Below are positions 1-12,338 of a stretch of 64,000 bases of DNA, piece after piece. Position numbers and translations under genes: made by a program. How positions within the stretch are numbered: position 1 is the first letter of the stretch; every line of letters starts with the position of its first letter. Source of the DNA: Octopus sinensis (lineage: Eukaryota); contig NC_042997.1 in NCBI RefSeq assembly GCF_006345805.1, forward strand, positions 48,980,001 through 49,044,000, written 5' to 3'. Below the pieces are notes generated by a model that was not told the DNA's origin, searched no databases, and was given only the letters and a program-made list of their open reading frames with translations.

Positions 1-161
1 GTTTGTCCCTTAACATTGCTTGACAACCGATGCTGGTGTGACTGCGTCCCCGTAACTTAGCGGTTCGGCAAAAGACACCGATTGAATAAGTACTAAGCCT
101 ACAGAGACTAAGATCTGGGGTCAATTTGCTCGACTAAAGGCGGCGCTCCAGTATGGCCGCA
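1..161 (+). mobile_element. SINE family A, 3' half
   Basis: Matches the 3' half of the copies at 18320, 18822 and 44872 (cgtaacttagcggttcggcaaaa ... ggcggcgctccagtatggccgca). Confidence 0.85.
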
Positions 162-342
162 CTACACACACACACATACATTTTAGTACCGGTTTCAGGC
201 TTTGCGGCTTTTTCAGAGAAAAGCATGAAAAACACTGATTTTTAAAAATATTTCCATACTTTTCAAATACAAGGGACATTTTCCTTTTCTGTCTGTGTCT
301 CTCTGTTTCTCTCTCTTTCTCTCTCTCTCCCTCTCTCTCTCC

Positions 343-396
<54 letters not shown>

Positions 397-799
397 TACA
401 CTTGTGAAGGCTTGGTAGTAAATAGTAGCCGTCCTAAAAGACTATTTGATTTGAGGGATGCGAGTTCTCCGTTTTGATTGTTTAAGCAGCTGTAGCCGAG
501 GAAGGGGGTGGCGAAGAAGAAGAAGAAGAATATATATATTCTCGTTTACCACATAGCCACGCCTACGCCATATTTATATTATATATATATATAATAATAT
601 ATATATATATATCTTATAATATAGATAGATAGATATATAGATAGATAGATAGATAGTGATAGATAGATAGATAGAAAGATAGATAGACAAACAGATAGAT
701 AGATAGATAGATAGACAAAACAGACAGACAGACAGATAGACAGAGGGACAGACAGACATGTGTGAGTGCGTGTGTGATAAGGTTTTATCATGCTTTCTT

Positions 800-1560
800 T
801 TATCTGAAGCGACTGAATGCATTTGCTATGTATATCGGATTTTGATCTTACCTCATCTCTATGCAGTACCGTTTAAGAGGGAAATTTTCTGGTAAGGGCC
901 AATTTATTGTATTTATACAGTTACCTTCCCGTTGAAGTTGGGTTATGGCTGAAAATTTGTGAGCCATTTTATCCAAACAACGGTTGTGAGCTTTTATATC
1001 CAGTTTAATGCCCGAAATATTTTAACACCCTGTTAGCATAAAATTATCCTCAAAGAAGATAAGGGACTTCCTTATAAGAATACGCTGCCTCTACTCCACA
1101 TAATACAACAAAAATATTTAATAAAACTTCTGTAAAACTCTCTTTCGTAGCATAGATTCACAAATCTTTAACCATAACCATAAAGCAAAACGTGCAACAC
1201 AACGCAACTACTTTAATCTGAATGCAAAGGTAGAAATACAGTAAACCACCCACAACAAAAACATCTGTCAAAAGCAGTTGTACATAAAGCAAATGTAAGA
1301 TGGAATTAGCATTTATCGGGTTAACAAGGAATCACCGCAAATTCCCTTTGCATAGGAACGCCTATTCACAATCAAATATTTGAGAAAACTAACTACACTT
1401 CATTATCACAACATATGCCACCTCAAAGGCGGATGAGACAACAAATCCATCGTAGAATAGAGTATTGACAAGAAACGAAAGCGTTACAAAGGACATGGCA
1501 GCAGTTGCAGATTATGCTGAACTAAAAAAGTTTCAAGTGCTAACAACACGTTTAATATTC
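800..1560 (-). pseudogene. Possible decayed class A GPCR pseudogene
   Basis: Minus strand reads NANSILHLL (1313-1287), then after a 1-nt frameshift TAFDRCF (1278-1258), like TM3 SILHLLxIAxDRY. TM2-like VFSNI..IGVPM upstream, KIFRAL downstream. Many stops. Confidence 0.3.
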
Positions 1561-1915
1561 TGAATAATGAAGCAGGATTTTTTCTGCATTCGTTTCCACA
1601 TAAAGATATTGTCTCGAATCGTTTAAACATATCATTATAGCAGTCACATTTGAATAAGTAACCAAGTATACAGCGAAGTTAAAATCTGAATGTTTGCAAA
1701 GTGACACAGAAAATCATCTACTTTTGCGATGTCAAACAAATGGTTTTACAGTGATTTCCACGAACAATTATTAATATCGTTTACATTGTGCATTATCTCC
1801 CGCAGTAGGTGATCCAACTTTTCTTCCCTGTTTTGATTATATTTCACAAGCAATAAATTCTATATTTTTAAAAAATGTAAAAACTGCATTATATTACAAA
1901 TTACCCCTCCATTAA

Positions 1916-1977
<62 letters not shown>

Positions 1978-1995
1978 GATAGATAGATAGATAGC

Positions 1996-2034
<39 letters not shown>

Positions 2035-2098
2035 TGAGAGAGAGATAAATACAGTGAGACACAGAAAGAGAATTGACTTAGATATTGTTATAATATAC

Positions 2099-2156
<58 letters not shown>

Positions 2157-2377
2157 GAAATATTAAATATGTGCAGCGTTCCCGGAAATATTATTTTCGC
2201 CATATAATATGGATAGAAAAAAGCTGCTTATTGATGTGGAGCTAATAAGCGTAGCTTTTTTCTTATTTTATAAGAATGCATATAGATGCGATAAATCATA
2301 TATATAGTATATTATATCGATATATGCATATAAATATGTGTGCGTGCGTATGTCTGTGTGTGTGGAGAGAGAGAGAG

Positions 2378-2616
2378 ATGCGTGGCGTAGTGGTTAGTGT
2401 GCTGGCCTCATGATCGTAAGGCTGCGGTTTCGATTCCTGGACCAGGCGATGCATTATATTCTTGAGCAAAACATGTCATTTCACATTGCCCCAGTCCACT
2501 CATCTGGCAAAAATGAGTAATCCTGCGATCGACCGGTGTCCCGTCCAGATAGGGGACGGGACACAAAAAGCGGGAAGCCGGCACTATGAGACTATATTAC
2601 TCACGAGGAAGCTTTA
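2378..2616 (+). mobile_element. tRNA-derived SINE family B (V-domain-like)
   Basis: A box tggcgtagtgg, B box gtttcgattcc, central cttgagcaaaac and cctgcgatcgaccggtgtcccgtccag motif; related to 16105 and 61489. Confidence 0.85.
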
Positions 2617-2651
2617 ATACTTGATATTGATAGATAGATAGGTAAATAAAT

Positions 2652-2682
<31 letters not shown>

Positions 2683-2806
2683 GAGTAATAGATACCGCGA
2701 AATATCTATATTATATGTATGAATGTATATGTATGTATGCATATACACATCTATGAATGTAAACATATATATATATACCTAAATTTATAGATATATATCA
2801 TGTGTA

Positions 2807-2842
<36 letters not shown>

Positions 2843-2846
<4 letters not shown>

Positions 2847-3395
2847 TATCGCAACATGTTGAATATCCGACAAGGATCGGTCTGTGCAGCAGCCATCTAT
2901 GCTAGATCTGGTATTCTCCCGCTATCCAAGATCAGTGTCAGACGTATCTGTGTGCGCCCCTCTTGCCAAAGTGATCATGCGGGTCTGAAGTTCGTCATGC
3001 ACACAACTTTTTCCACGCCCACGATTACTTCGCTGCCACGTAGAGTCTTCTCTGCAATTATTCTTGAAATTCTAACCGAGGCTTCCGCGCTCTGGACTGG
3101 CGATCCCTGATGACGTTGTCCTCAGTTGACGAACTATGGTCATCCTCAAAGCATATGTAATCTGTTTGACTGACCAGGCAGTTCCCGTTGGGCTTCCCAA
3201 GGAAGAGAAACACAAGCCCTGGGTGACGAAGAAGGTTAAAGAGAACGTCGACTCAGAGATATGCTTGGGCTGAATTCAAAAATCTGGATTCGACTGCAGC
3301 TTTTGAGGTGTACAAAACTCAACGAGAGCGAGCCGTGAAAATTGAAAATTGAAAGAAAGAACGCTTCAGTTATGAATACAAAATCGCGGCAAATG
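2843..3395 (+). pseudogene. Duplicate of the 5' end of the CR1-like LINE at 3931 (probable assembly overlap)
   Basis: Near-identical to 3931-4476 apart from scattered 1-bp indels; ends at the N gap. Confidence 0.8.
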
Positions 3396-3496
3396 NNNNN
3401 NNNNNNNNNNNNNNNNNNNNNNNNNNNNNNNNNNNNNNNNNNNNNNNNNNNNNNNNNNNNNNNNNNNNNNNNNNNNNNNNNNNNNNNNNNNNNNNC
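3396..3496. other. Assembly gap (~100 N)
   Basis: Run of N. Confidence 1.
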
Positions 3497-3705
3497 CTCA
3501 TGATCGTAAGGCTGCGGTTTCGATTCCTGACCAGGCGATGCATTATATTCTTGAGCAAACATGTCATTTCACATTGCCCCAGTCCACTCATCTGGCAAAA
3601 ATGAGTAATCCTGCGATCGACCGGTGTCCCGTCCAGATAGGGGACGGGACACAAAAAGCGGGAAGCCGGCACTATGAGACTATATTACTCACGAGGAAGC
3701 TTTAA
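3497..3705 (+). mobile_element. SINE family B, duplicate of 2387-2616
   Basis: Same sequence as before the gap. Confidence 0.8.
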
Positions 3706-3892
3706 TACTTGATATTGATAGATAGATAGATAAATAAATAGATAGAGAGAGAGAGAGAGAGAAACAGAGTAATAGATACCGCGAAATATCTATATTTATA
3801 TGTATGAATGTATATATGTATGTATGCATATACACATCTATGAATGTAAACATATATATATATACCTAAATTTATAGATATATATCATGTGT

Positions 3893-3930
<38 letters not shown>

Positions 3931-3931
<1 letters not shown>

Positions 3932-6268
3932 TCTATCGCAACATGTTGAATATCCGACAAGGCATCGGTCTGTGCAGCAGCCATCTATGCTAGATCTGGT
4001 ATTCTCCCGCTATCCAAGATCAGTGTCAGACGTATCTGTGTGCGCCCCTCTTGCCAAGAGTGATCATGCGGTCCTGAAGTTCGTCATGCACACAACTTTT
4101 TCCACGCCCACGATTACTTCGCTGCCACGTAGAGTCTTCTCTGCAATTATTCTTGAAATTCTAACCGAGGCTTCCGCGCTTCTGGACTGGCGATCCCTGA
4201 TGACGTTGTCCTCAGTTGACGAACTATGGTCATCCCTCAAAGCATATGTAATCTGTTTGACTGACCAGGCAGTTCCCGTGGGCTCCACAAGAGGAAGAAC
4301 ACAAGCCCTGGGTGACGAAGAAGGTTAAATGAAACGTCGACTCAGAGATATTGCTTGGGCTGAATTCAAAAATCTGGATTCGACTGCAGCTTTTGAGGTG
4401 TACAAAACTCAACGAGAGCGAGCCGTGAAAATTGAAAAGAAAGAACGCTTCAGTTTGAATACAAATCGCGGCAAATGCCAGTAGCAATCCAAAAACCTTC
4501 TTTGCCCATGTCCAGCGGATTCCCGCTTGAACAACCAGATTGCAACGTTGGTAGACTCAACAGGCGTATCGATTGAGGACCCTTATCAACAGAGTCAATT
4601 ATTTGCCGAGGCTTTTTCAACTATTTTCAAACAAGATGATGGTCGTGAACCCCCTCCATTTGATAGATCGGTACCTCCAATGCTTCGATTGATCATCACG
4701 CGGGACGAAGTCAAACGTGTTATTCAAGGCCTCGATGTCAACAAGGGTCACGGCCCTGACGGCATACACCCACGGGTTATCAAAGCGTTGGCTCCGGTCA
4801 TCTGCGAGCCCTTAACACGACTATTCAATATGTCATTGGCGACGGTGTTATACCTGCAGACTGGAGAACAGCGATAATCTGCCCAATTTCAAGAAAGGGA
4901 GCCGCGAAGACCCGCTTAACTACCGACCGGTTTCCCTTACATCAATAATCAGCAAGATGTCGAAACCATCCTTAAGAAAAGTATGATGCTCCACCTCCTA
5001 AACACAGCCTCGATCACTGATTCCCAACACGGCTTCGTGCCGAAGAGATCATGTTTGACCAACTTACTAGTAATGGAAGAATTGGTGACGCGCATCCTCG
5101 ATGATAGTGATGCTGTTGACATCGTTTTATTAGACTTTGCCAAAGCTTTTGACTCGGTAAACCACCGCCTACTACTTGTCAAGCTTCAAGCATATAGTTT
5201 CCATCCGATATTGTACGATGGGTTGGTGCCTTCCTCTCAGATCGCTCCTTCCAAGTTCAAGTTAATGGTTCGCGGTCTCGACGTCTCCAGTGCGAGCAGT
5301 GCGTGCCTCAAGGTTCAGTGCTTGGGCCTTGTTGTTCTTAGTCTTCATAAATGACTTGCCCGACGACCTCACGCAACACACCCTTCTTTTGCCGACGATA
5401 TCAAACTGGTCGCTCCTCGCGGTAGTATAGAGGATCTTCGTCGATGCCTCCACCAATTTTGAAGTGGTCTAACGATTGTGACTATGTCTGAACGTGTCAA
5501 AGTGCTGTCATCTGCCTGTCGCTCTACTCCTGCAACTCAACTTGATTTCGAGCCGGGTCGTCTGCTGCTGGAGAGGAACGATCAGGTAAAGGACCTGGTA
5601 TCTTGGTGGATTGCCTCCTTTTCGCCTTCGGCCCAGTGCGTCCATGCTGCCAACAAAGCGCGCGGAATTCTGTTTTTGATTCGACGGTCATTCGGAATGC
5701 TCACAGCAGCCATATTCCTGCCACTCTATGTCACGCTGGTGAGACCCATATTGGAGTATGGATTCAAGCCTCTTCTCCTTATCTCCTCAAAGACATACAG
5801 CATCTCGAAAGAGTCCAGAGGCTGGCTACCCGCATGGTTCATGGTCTCAAAAATTTGTCCTACGAAGAAAGGCTGGGGACGCTCGACCTTTGTTCTCTTG
5901 AAAAACGCCGCCGCCGTGGTGATCTCATTCTCGCCCACAACATCATAAGCGGGAAGTGTAACCTCTCGAAAGAGCTGTTCTTCACTCCTGCTCCGGAGCG
6001 TCGGCTGCGGGGTCATTCCGAAAAGCTCTACCTGCGACGATTTCATCTCAATCGAAGGAGAGGAGCTTTCTCCGTCCGGGTTGCGGATCCGTGGAACAAG
6101 CTGCCAGACGAGATGGTGAAGATGCCGACGACCGCTTTGTTCAAAGCCTCCCTGGACCTCAAGTGGTCTGAACTCTTTACATGATCACTACCCTGTACTT
6201 AACTCCATGTCCCCCTACATGGCCTTGCTATTTGCTTTTGAGCCAAATTAACTAACTAACTAACTAAC
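3931..6268 (+). mobile_element. 5'-truncated CR1-clade LINE (APE C-terminus + RT), frameshifted
   Basis: MLDLVFS...SDHAVL (APE end); RT motifs QHGFVPKRSCLTNLL, DFAKAFDSV, FADD; CR1-type C-terminus LRGHSEKL...WNKLP; 3' hairpin ccatgt/acatgg and (ctaa)n tail 6248-6268. Confidence 0.92.
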
Positions 6269-6290
6269 ATATATAGCAGATACATTACCA

Positions 6291-6465
6291 AGCCGGGCGA
6301 AACGCCTATTGGTATTTCGTCTGTTTTTACGTTCTGATTTCAAATTCTGCCGAGGTCGACTTTGCCTTTCATCCTTTCGGGGTCGATAAATTAAGTACCA
6401 GTTGCGTGCTGATCAACTGGCCTCCTCCCCCAAAATTTCGGGCCTTGTGCCTAGAGTAGAAAAGA
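6291..6465 (+). mobile_element. SINE family E (gaggtcgactttgcctttcatcc core, Meta/Sauria-like), 5'-truncated
   Basis: Same core in reverse at 42945, 53090 and 53952. Superfamily name from recall. Confidence 0.75.
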
Positions 6466-6467
6466 AT

Positions 6468-6553
<86 letters not shown>

Positions 6554-9126
6554 TAGACTGAAGTGTAGAGATTCTCTGTTGTTCATGTTATTTTCTACTG
6601 CGAGCGCTGCACTAGGATCTGGAATCTCGGATTGACCAAAATTGTGATTGAAATTTAGTACACGTAAAGTGTTCAAAGTCTGTCGAGTAAATGTTCATAT
6701 AAGTGTGTGTATGTGAGAGAGTGTATATGAGAGTGTGCATGTGTGTGTATGACCCTGTGACTTTATTCTGAGTCCCTATATATTCTGTAACTTAGTGGAT
6801 CGAAAAATATGTGGAGTTAAAGTAAGTACTAGACTGAAATAATTATTGTGGTGAGATGATACATAATCTCTTGAAAGCCAGCAAAGCCTCAGTCCAACGA
6901 CTAGAAGCAGAATTAAAATAACAGGCTTGCATATATAGGAGCGTGTATTTGTATATACACAAGCTTATAAACACAAACATAATACTTTACATGTGTGTGT
7001 ATGTATACACACAAATATATATACAGGTACATAAATATATATATACACACACACACTTAAATACGCTGCTGAGTTTGACATCACATAATGCAAGTGGAAA
7101 TCTATTAATTTACTTTCTGCCTTTGTGTTCTTGGCAAATAAATATTGAAATATAATTTAATCGAAGATAAAATTGAAGTCATTGATGTAAAGTGGAATGT
7201 GTACAGAGCCGACATTCACGTATATGAATACCAGTGTATGTGAGCGTTGCTGTATGAAGTATGCAAGCTTTTTCACTTTGTATATTCAGTGTGCCTTCGT
7301 GTGGGTCTACTTATAATTACGTAGCTCTGTACATATGTAAGTACGTATATATGTATGTGTTATATATATATATATATATATAGTATATATATAATATATG
7401 TATATATATATATATATCGATCTAAAATTTTCATTCATTTATCTTATGTAGCTACATTGATCTCGTGATAACATTTAACTATATACGATTCTGTTGAAAG
7501 TAGCTCAACATAAGATATTTGAATAAGTATTTCTAGACTACGTATATTAGCCAAATTTCGACACGAATATAAATCATTCTCTGATTCTTCCAATCTTCAA
7601 AGAACGAGTTTACAACAAAGTAATTTCATGCGAATTCTATATTCATTCAATATGGATATTTTGGATGTTTTTGTTGAATTTTTGTTTGTGTTTTTGTGTG
7701 TGTTTGTGCTAATAGAAGAAAATTCTTAAAACGAAAATATTAATTTTTTTCGTTTCTGAAATATTTTATTGTCAATATAATTGATTTCCGCATTTATATC
7801 AGCAAACAAAGTATAATCATTATGTTCGTGGTTTTATTATTGATTCGTGCTTTTCTCTATATAACCAAGCGTGTCTTTACGTGCTTTTGATATGAGCAGT
7901 TTGTGTTTACTGGATGGATAATATTGTGTGTTAGATCATTGCTTTGTAGTGGCTGTATGTTCAATGATGTACGTGTTTATAAACCTTGAATCTTAATTAC
8001 ACATTTATATGGATTTCTTTGTAACTTATTATTGTGGCTGTTGTTTTGTTTTTAATCCCTAGATTGTAATATCTGTATACTTATATAATTTTTTCCATTT
8101 TTATGTAAACATATTAATATTGAAATAGCAAACAAGAAATATTATTTTTCCCGTGAACTTCGACAACGCTGCATAAAATATTTACGTGTTATTGCTTTGA
8201 TAACCTATGTAGATAGGTGCAATTTTTAGTGGTTGTATATTATATATGCTGTCATTGTGCTTAAATCCTTCGATCTTACTGATATGTAATATATGCATAT
8301 AATACATACATTTATCTTTTGTAGTAAATGTTATCAGAAGTTATTATATTGTCATTAGCAACCTGTGTATCACAACACAATGTCATTTTACAATATTCTG
8401 CACGAAAAACAACCAAGATTAATGTAAATCCTGTATAACTTATCGGTCTTCACATGATCTGTATTCGTTTTTTTAATTCATATTATTAATCATACGTTCT
8501 TGCTAGTCGGCAGCAGAGAAATTTACATTTAAGGAGTGTTATTCTATAATTTAGCCTGAATTCGCCCTTGCATACATGATAACAAATCTTAAAACTAGTT
8601 ATGTTCGAGACGTGAAACGATTAAGTTAGAGCAAATATGCGTTTAAATAAGGACTTTGCAATTACTAATGTAAAGATGACTATTAAAATAAATATTACTA
8701 TGTGCAAATGCAGTGGCAGGTTAGCTGTTATCTTCCCTCTTTGGTTATAACTTTATCAGAGAATTCCTTCTTGCTGATATGTGTACGACATTGATGTCGT
8801 TACACACATCGTTAGATAAATACCACCATCTTTTTATCATTCTTAATGGACCTAATTCATCTAAATTCATAACAATTGTGTTGTTCGGGGCCAACAACGG
8901 CTAACCATCAAATGCATATATATAGATACATACATACATACATACATACATACATACATACTAACATACATGCATGCATACATACATACATACATACATA
9001 CATACATACATACATACATACATACATACATACATACATACATACATACATACATACATACATACATCATACATACATACTTACAATGACACCGTTCCCA
9101 AAAAGAAATTTATATATATGTATGTG

Positions 9127-9398
9127 CAAAATTTAGAGGACTGACCACTAAAAGTGGACAGCCTATCTGCTAAACGTAGACGTCAAATCGCCATTTACCA
9201 CGAAGAATGTGTTCTCAAGAAACACATTCTTCCTGGTAATGGCGATTTCACGTCTATGTTTAGCACATAGGCTGTCCGCTTTTAGTGGTCAGTCCTCTAA
9301 ATTTTGTATGTAAAAAAATTTCTTATCTTCGGATTTTTTAAAACATGCTAAGCCACTGGTTTTAATTGATTAATATTAATATCTACCCTTATTTAATG
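9127..9398. mobile_element. Foldback element: ~90-bp-arm hairpin plus one-sided extension
   Basis: 9127-9306 is an almost perfect palindrome; the same arms and extension occur at 35358-35731. Confidence 0.8.
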
Positions 9399-9415
9399 TT
9401 ATATATATATATATA

Positions 9416-9462
9416 CAGTAGTACCTCGGTTGACGAACGCCACTGATCACGAATAAATCGTG
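9416..9462 (+). mobile_element. pogo/Tigger-like terminal fragment
   Basis: TA|CAGTAGTACCTCGGTTGACGAAC resembles a Tigger-type TIR; no partner end seen. Confidence 0.45.
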
Positions 9463-9480
9463 CTTTATATATATATATCT

Positions 9481-9809
9481 GAGACACCCCGTTAGGTCAC
9501 GACACTGACCATGGGATTGCACCTAGAAAGTTACCCTCCCAGGCAGGGCAAGGTTGTTTATGGAAGACCAACAGTCGCCCATGCATACCGGCCTCCACTC
9601 CTCACGCCACCAGTGTTATCCAAGGGAAAGGCAAGGGCCGAAACAGCTTGGCCCCTGTGACGTCGCAACTCATTTCTACAGCTGAGTGAACTGGAGTAAT
9701 GTTAAATAAAGTGTCTTGCTCAAGAACACAACACGCAGCCCAGTCAGGGATTCGAGCTCACAACCTCACGATCGTAAACTCGATGCTCTAACCACTGGGC
9801 CATGCGCCT
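9481..9809 (-). mobile_element. tRNA-derived SINE family C
   Basis: Minus-strand head aggcgcatggcccagtggttag ... gagctcgaatccc; body shared with 14852-15107. Confidence 0.8.
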
Positions 9810-9962
9810 GATATATATGTGTGTGTGTGTGTGAATGTGTGTGTGTGTGAATGTGTGTGTGTGTGTGTGTGTGTGTGTATACATTCATACATAAAGCACG
9901 ATTTATTTGTGACCAGAGTAGTTCGAAAACCGAGGTACTTCTGTATATATGTATGTGTTGTA

Positions 9963-9993
<31 letters not shown>

Positions 9994-10167
9994 ATAATAT
10001 TAATATATATACTATGTAAATATATGTATAATATGTAAATATATTAAATAATATATATGTAAATATATGTATATATGTAAATATATATATATGTATATAT
10101 ATGTATATATATGTATATATGTAAATATATATATATATATATATGTATATGCATATAATGTATAATG

Positions 10168-10239
<72 letters not shown>

Positions 10240-10251
10240 ACATTTGATATA

Positions 10252-10432
10252 TATAGGTGCAGGAGCGGCTGTCTGGTAAGTTGGTGGTGTACAAAACAAC
10301 AGATGTATTAGTATAACGCTCAGGAATAGAAAAAGTCTTTACGTTTCGAGCATACGCTCTTCTACAGAAAGGTACACAGAAAAAACAAGGAGAGAAAAAA
10401 ACGTGTAGTGGCTAACGATCTATAATGGCGAT

Positions 10433-10470
<38 letters not shown>

Positions 10471-10770
10471 TATGTATATATATATCTACACATATATACA
10501 TATGTATGTATTTATGTATGTATGTATATATGTGTTTGTGTGTTTGTGTGTATATGTATGTCTGTGTGTATGCGTTTGTCCCCCCACCATCGCTTCACAA
10601 CCGATATTGGTGTGTTTACGTCCCCGAAACTTAGCAGTTCGGCAAAAAGAGACCGATAGAATAAGTACTAGGCTTGCAAAGAATAAGTCCTGGAGTTGAT
10701 TTGTTCATCCAAAGGCGGTGCTCAAACATGGCCGCAGTCAAATGACTGAAACCAATAAATGAATAAAAGA
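10252..10770 (+). mobile_element. SINE family A interrupted by a hammerhead element and (TA)n
   Basis: Head 10252-10280, foreign insert 10281-10433, 3' half ~10545-10770; central domain missing. Confidence 0.7.
10337..10371 (-). ncRNA. Minimal type I hammerhead, CUGUAGA core variant
   Basis: Minus: cttt CTGTAGA A GAGC gtat GCTC GAAA CG TA aag. Confidence 0.6.
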
Positions 10771-10787
10771 ATATAATATATAAATAC

Positions 10788-12338
10788 AAACTTCCAAGAA
10801 AACTGAAGGAAGGTAAAATATGCCCTATTCATAAAGGAGGTAGCAGAGCGGAGGCCAAGAACTACAGACCTATCTCTCTCACCTCACACATCAGCAAGGT
10901 CATGGAACGAATAGTCAGAAAGAAACTAATCACCTTCCTTGAAGAAAATGTCTTACTGCCTGACACCCAACATGGTTCCCGACCAGGAAGAAGCTGCTTA
11001 ACTCAGCTCCTGCAGCACTATGACTGGGTGCTGAAACAACTGCTCAACTACTCAAATGTGGAAGTCATATATCTCGACTTCGCAAAGGCCTTCGATAAAG
11101 TCGATCATGGAATGATATGTCACAAACTGCGTGATCTCAACATAGTTGGAAAACTAGGAGAATGGCTTCATGACTTTCTGAAGAATAGAAGTCAGGTGGT
11201 AGCAGCCAATGGGGCCACTTCCATTAGCACGCAAATAGTGAGCGGTGTTCCGCAGGGCACTGTTTTGGGACCACTACTGTTCATAATGGCCCTCTCAGAC
11301 ATGCCCTCAGCCACGCAGAGAGCCACGATCACAAGTTATGCAGATGATACAAAAGTTTCACAGGCAATACAGAACCCTGAAGACACTAAGCACCTGCAAT
11401 GTGAGCTGGACGAAATATACAAGTGGGCTGAAAAGAATAGCATGCAGTTCAATGCTGAAAAGTTTCAAGCTTTATACTATCAGCATGCAAAACTGAATGC
11501 AATACCCAATGAATACACTGGACCCGGAGGGATTGCAATCCCAGAGGCACAATCAGTGCGTGACCTGGGTATTCACATGAGTGATGACGCGACCTTTCAT
11601 GTACATGTTGCTAAACTGACAATGAAATGTAGACGCTGGCTGGATGGATTCTTAGAACCTTTAGAACAAGAGAACCAAGAAACCATGATGGTCCTCTGGA
11701 AGACACTTGTCCTAAGCCACTTTGACTATTGCTCTCAGCTATGGTCACCATCCAGTGTCAAGTTGATCACAGAACTTGAGGCGATCCAACGAAGCTACAC
11801 GAAGAAGATAGCCTCTGTGCAGCATATGAGCTACTGGGAGAGACTCAAGAGATTAAAGCTCTATTCCCTGGAGCGTAGGCGAGAAAGATATGCCATAATA
11901 TATATCTGGAAGATCCTGGAAGGTCTTGTCCCAGACTTTGGCATCGAGAGTCACAAAAATGCCAGAACCGGACGCCACTGCGTAGTACCAAGGACTCCAA
12001 ATTTGCCGTCAAGATGTAGGACAAGATATTGTGATAGCCTGGGCTTCAGAGGCCCACGGCTCTTCAATATCCTCCCGAAGAACCTGAGGGACCTGCATGG
12101 TGTAGATGCGGATGTCTTTAAAGTAGGACTGGATCTCTTCCTGTCAGGTGTCCCGGATGAACCAACTTCACGGCAGGAGGTGCAGATGAGGGCAGCTGCA
12201 TCGAACTCTCTCATGCATCAGATGGCGTTTGCTAAAAAGCATCCGTGAGGTAAAACCGTGTAGCAAACCAAATGGCGGTGCCCCAGCATGGCCACAGCTC
12301 ATTAGCTGAAACTGGAAAAATCAAAATCAAATCAAATC
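10788..12338 (+). mobile_element. 5'-truncated CR1/L2-group LINE, RT ORF 10902-12248 (448 aa)
   Basis: YLDFAKAFDKVDH, GVPQGTVLGPLLF, YADD; 3' hairpin and (aaatc)n tail; homologous to 45849-49087. Confidence 0.93.
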
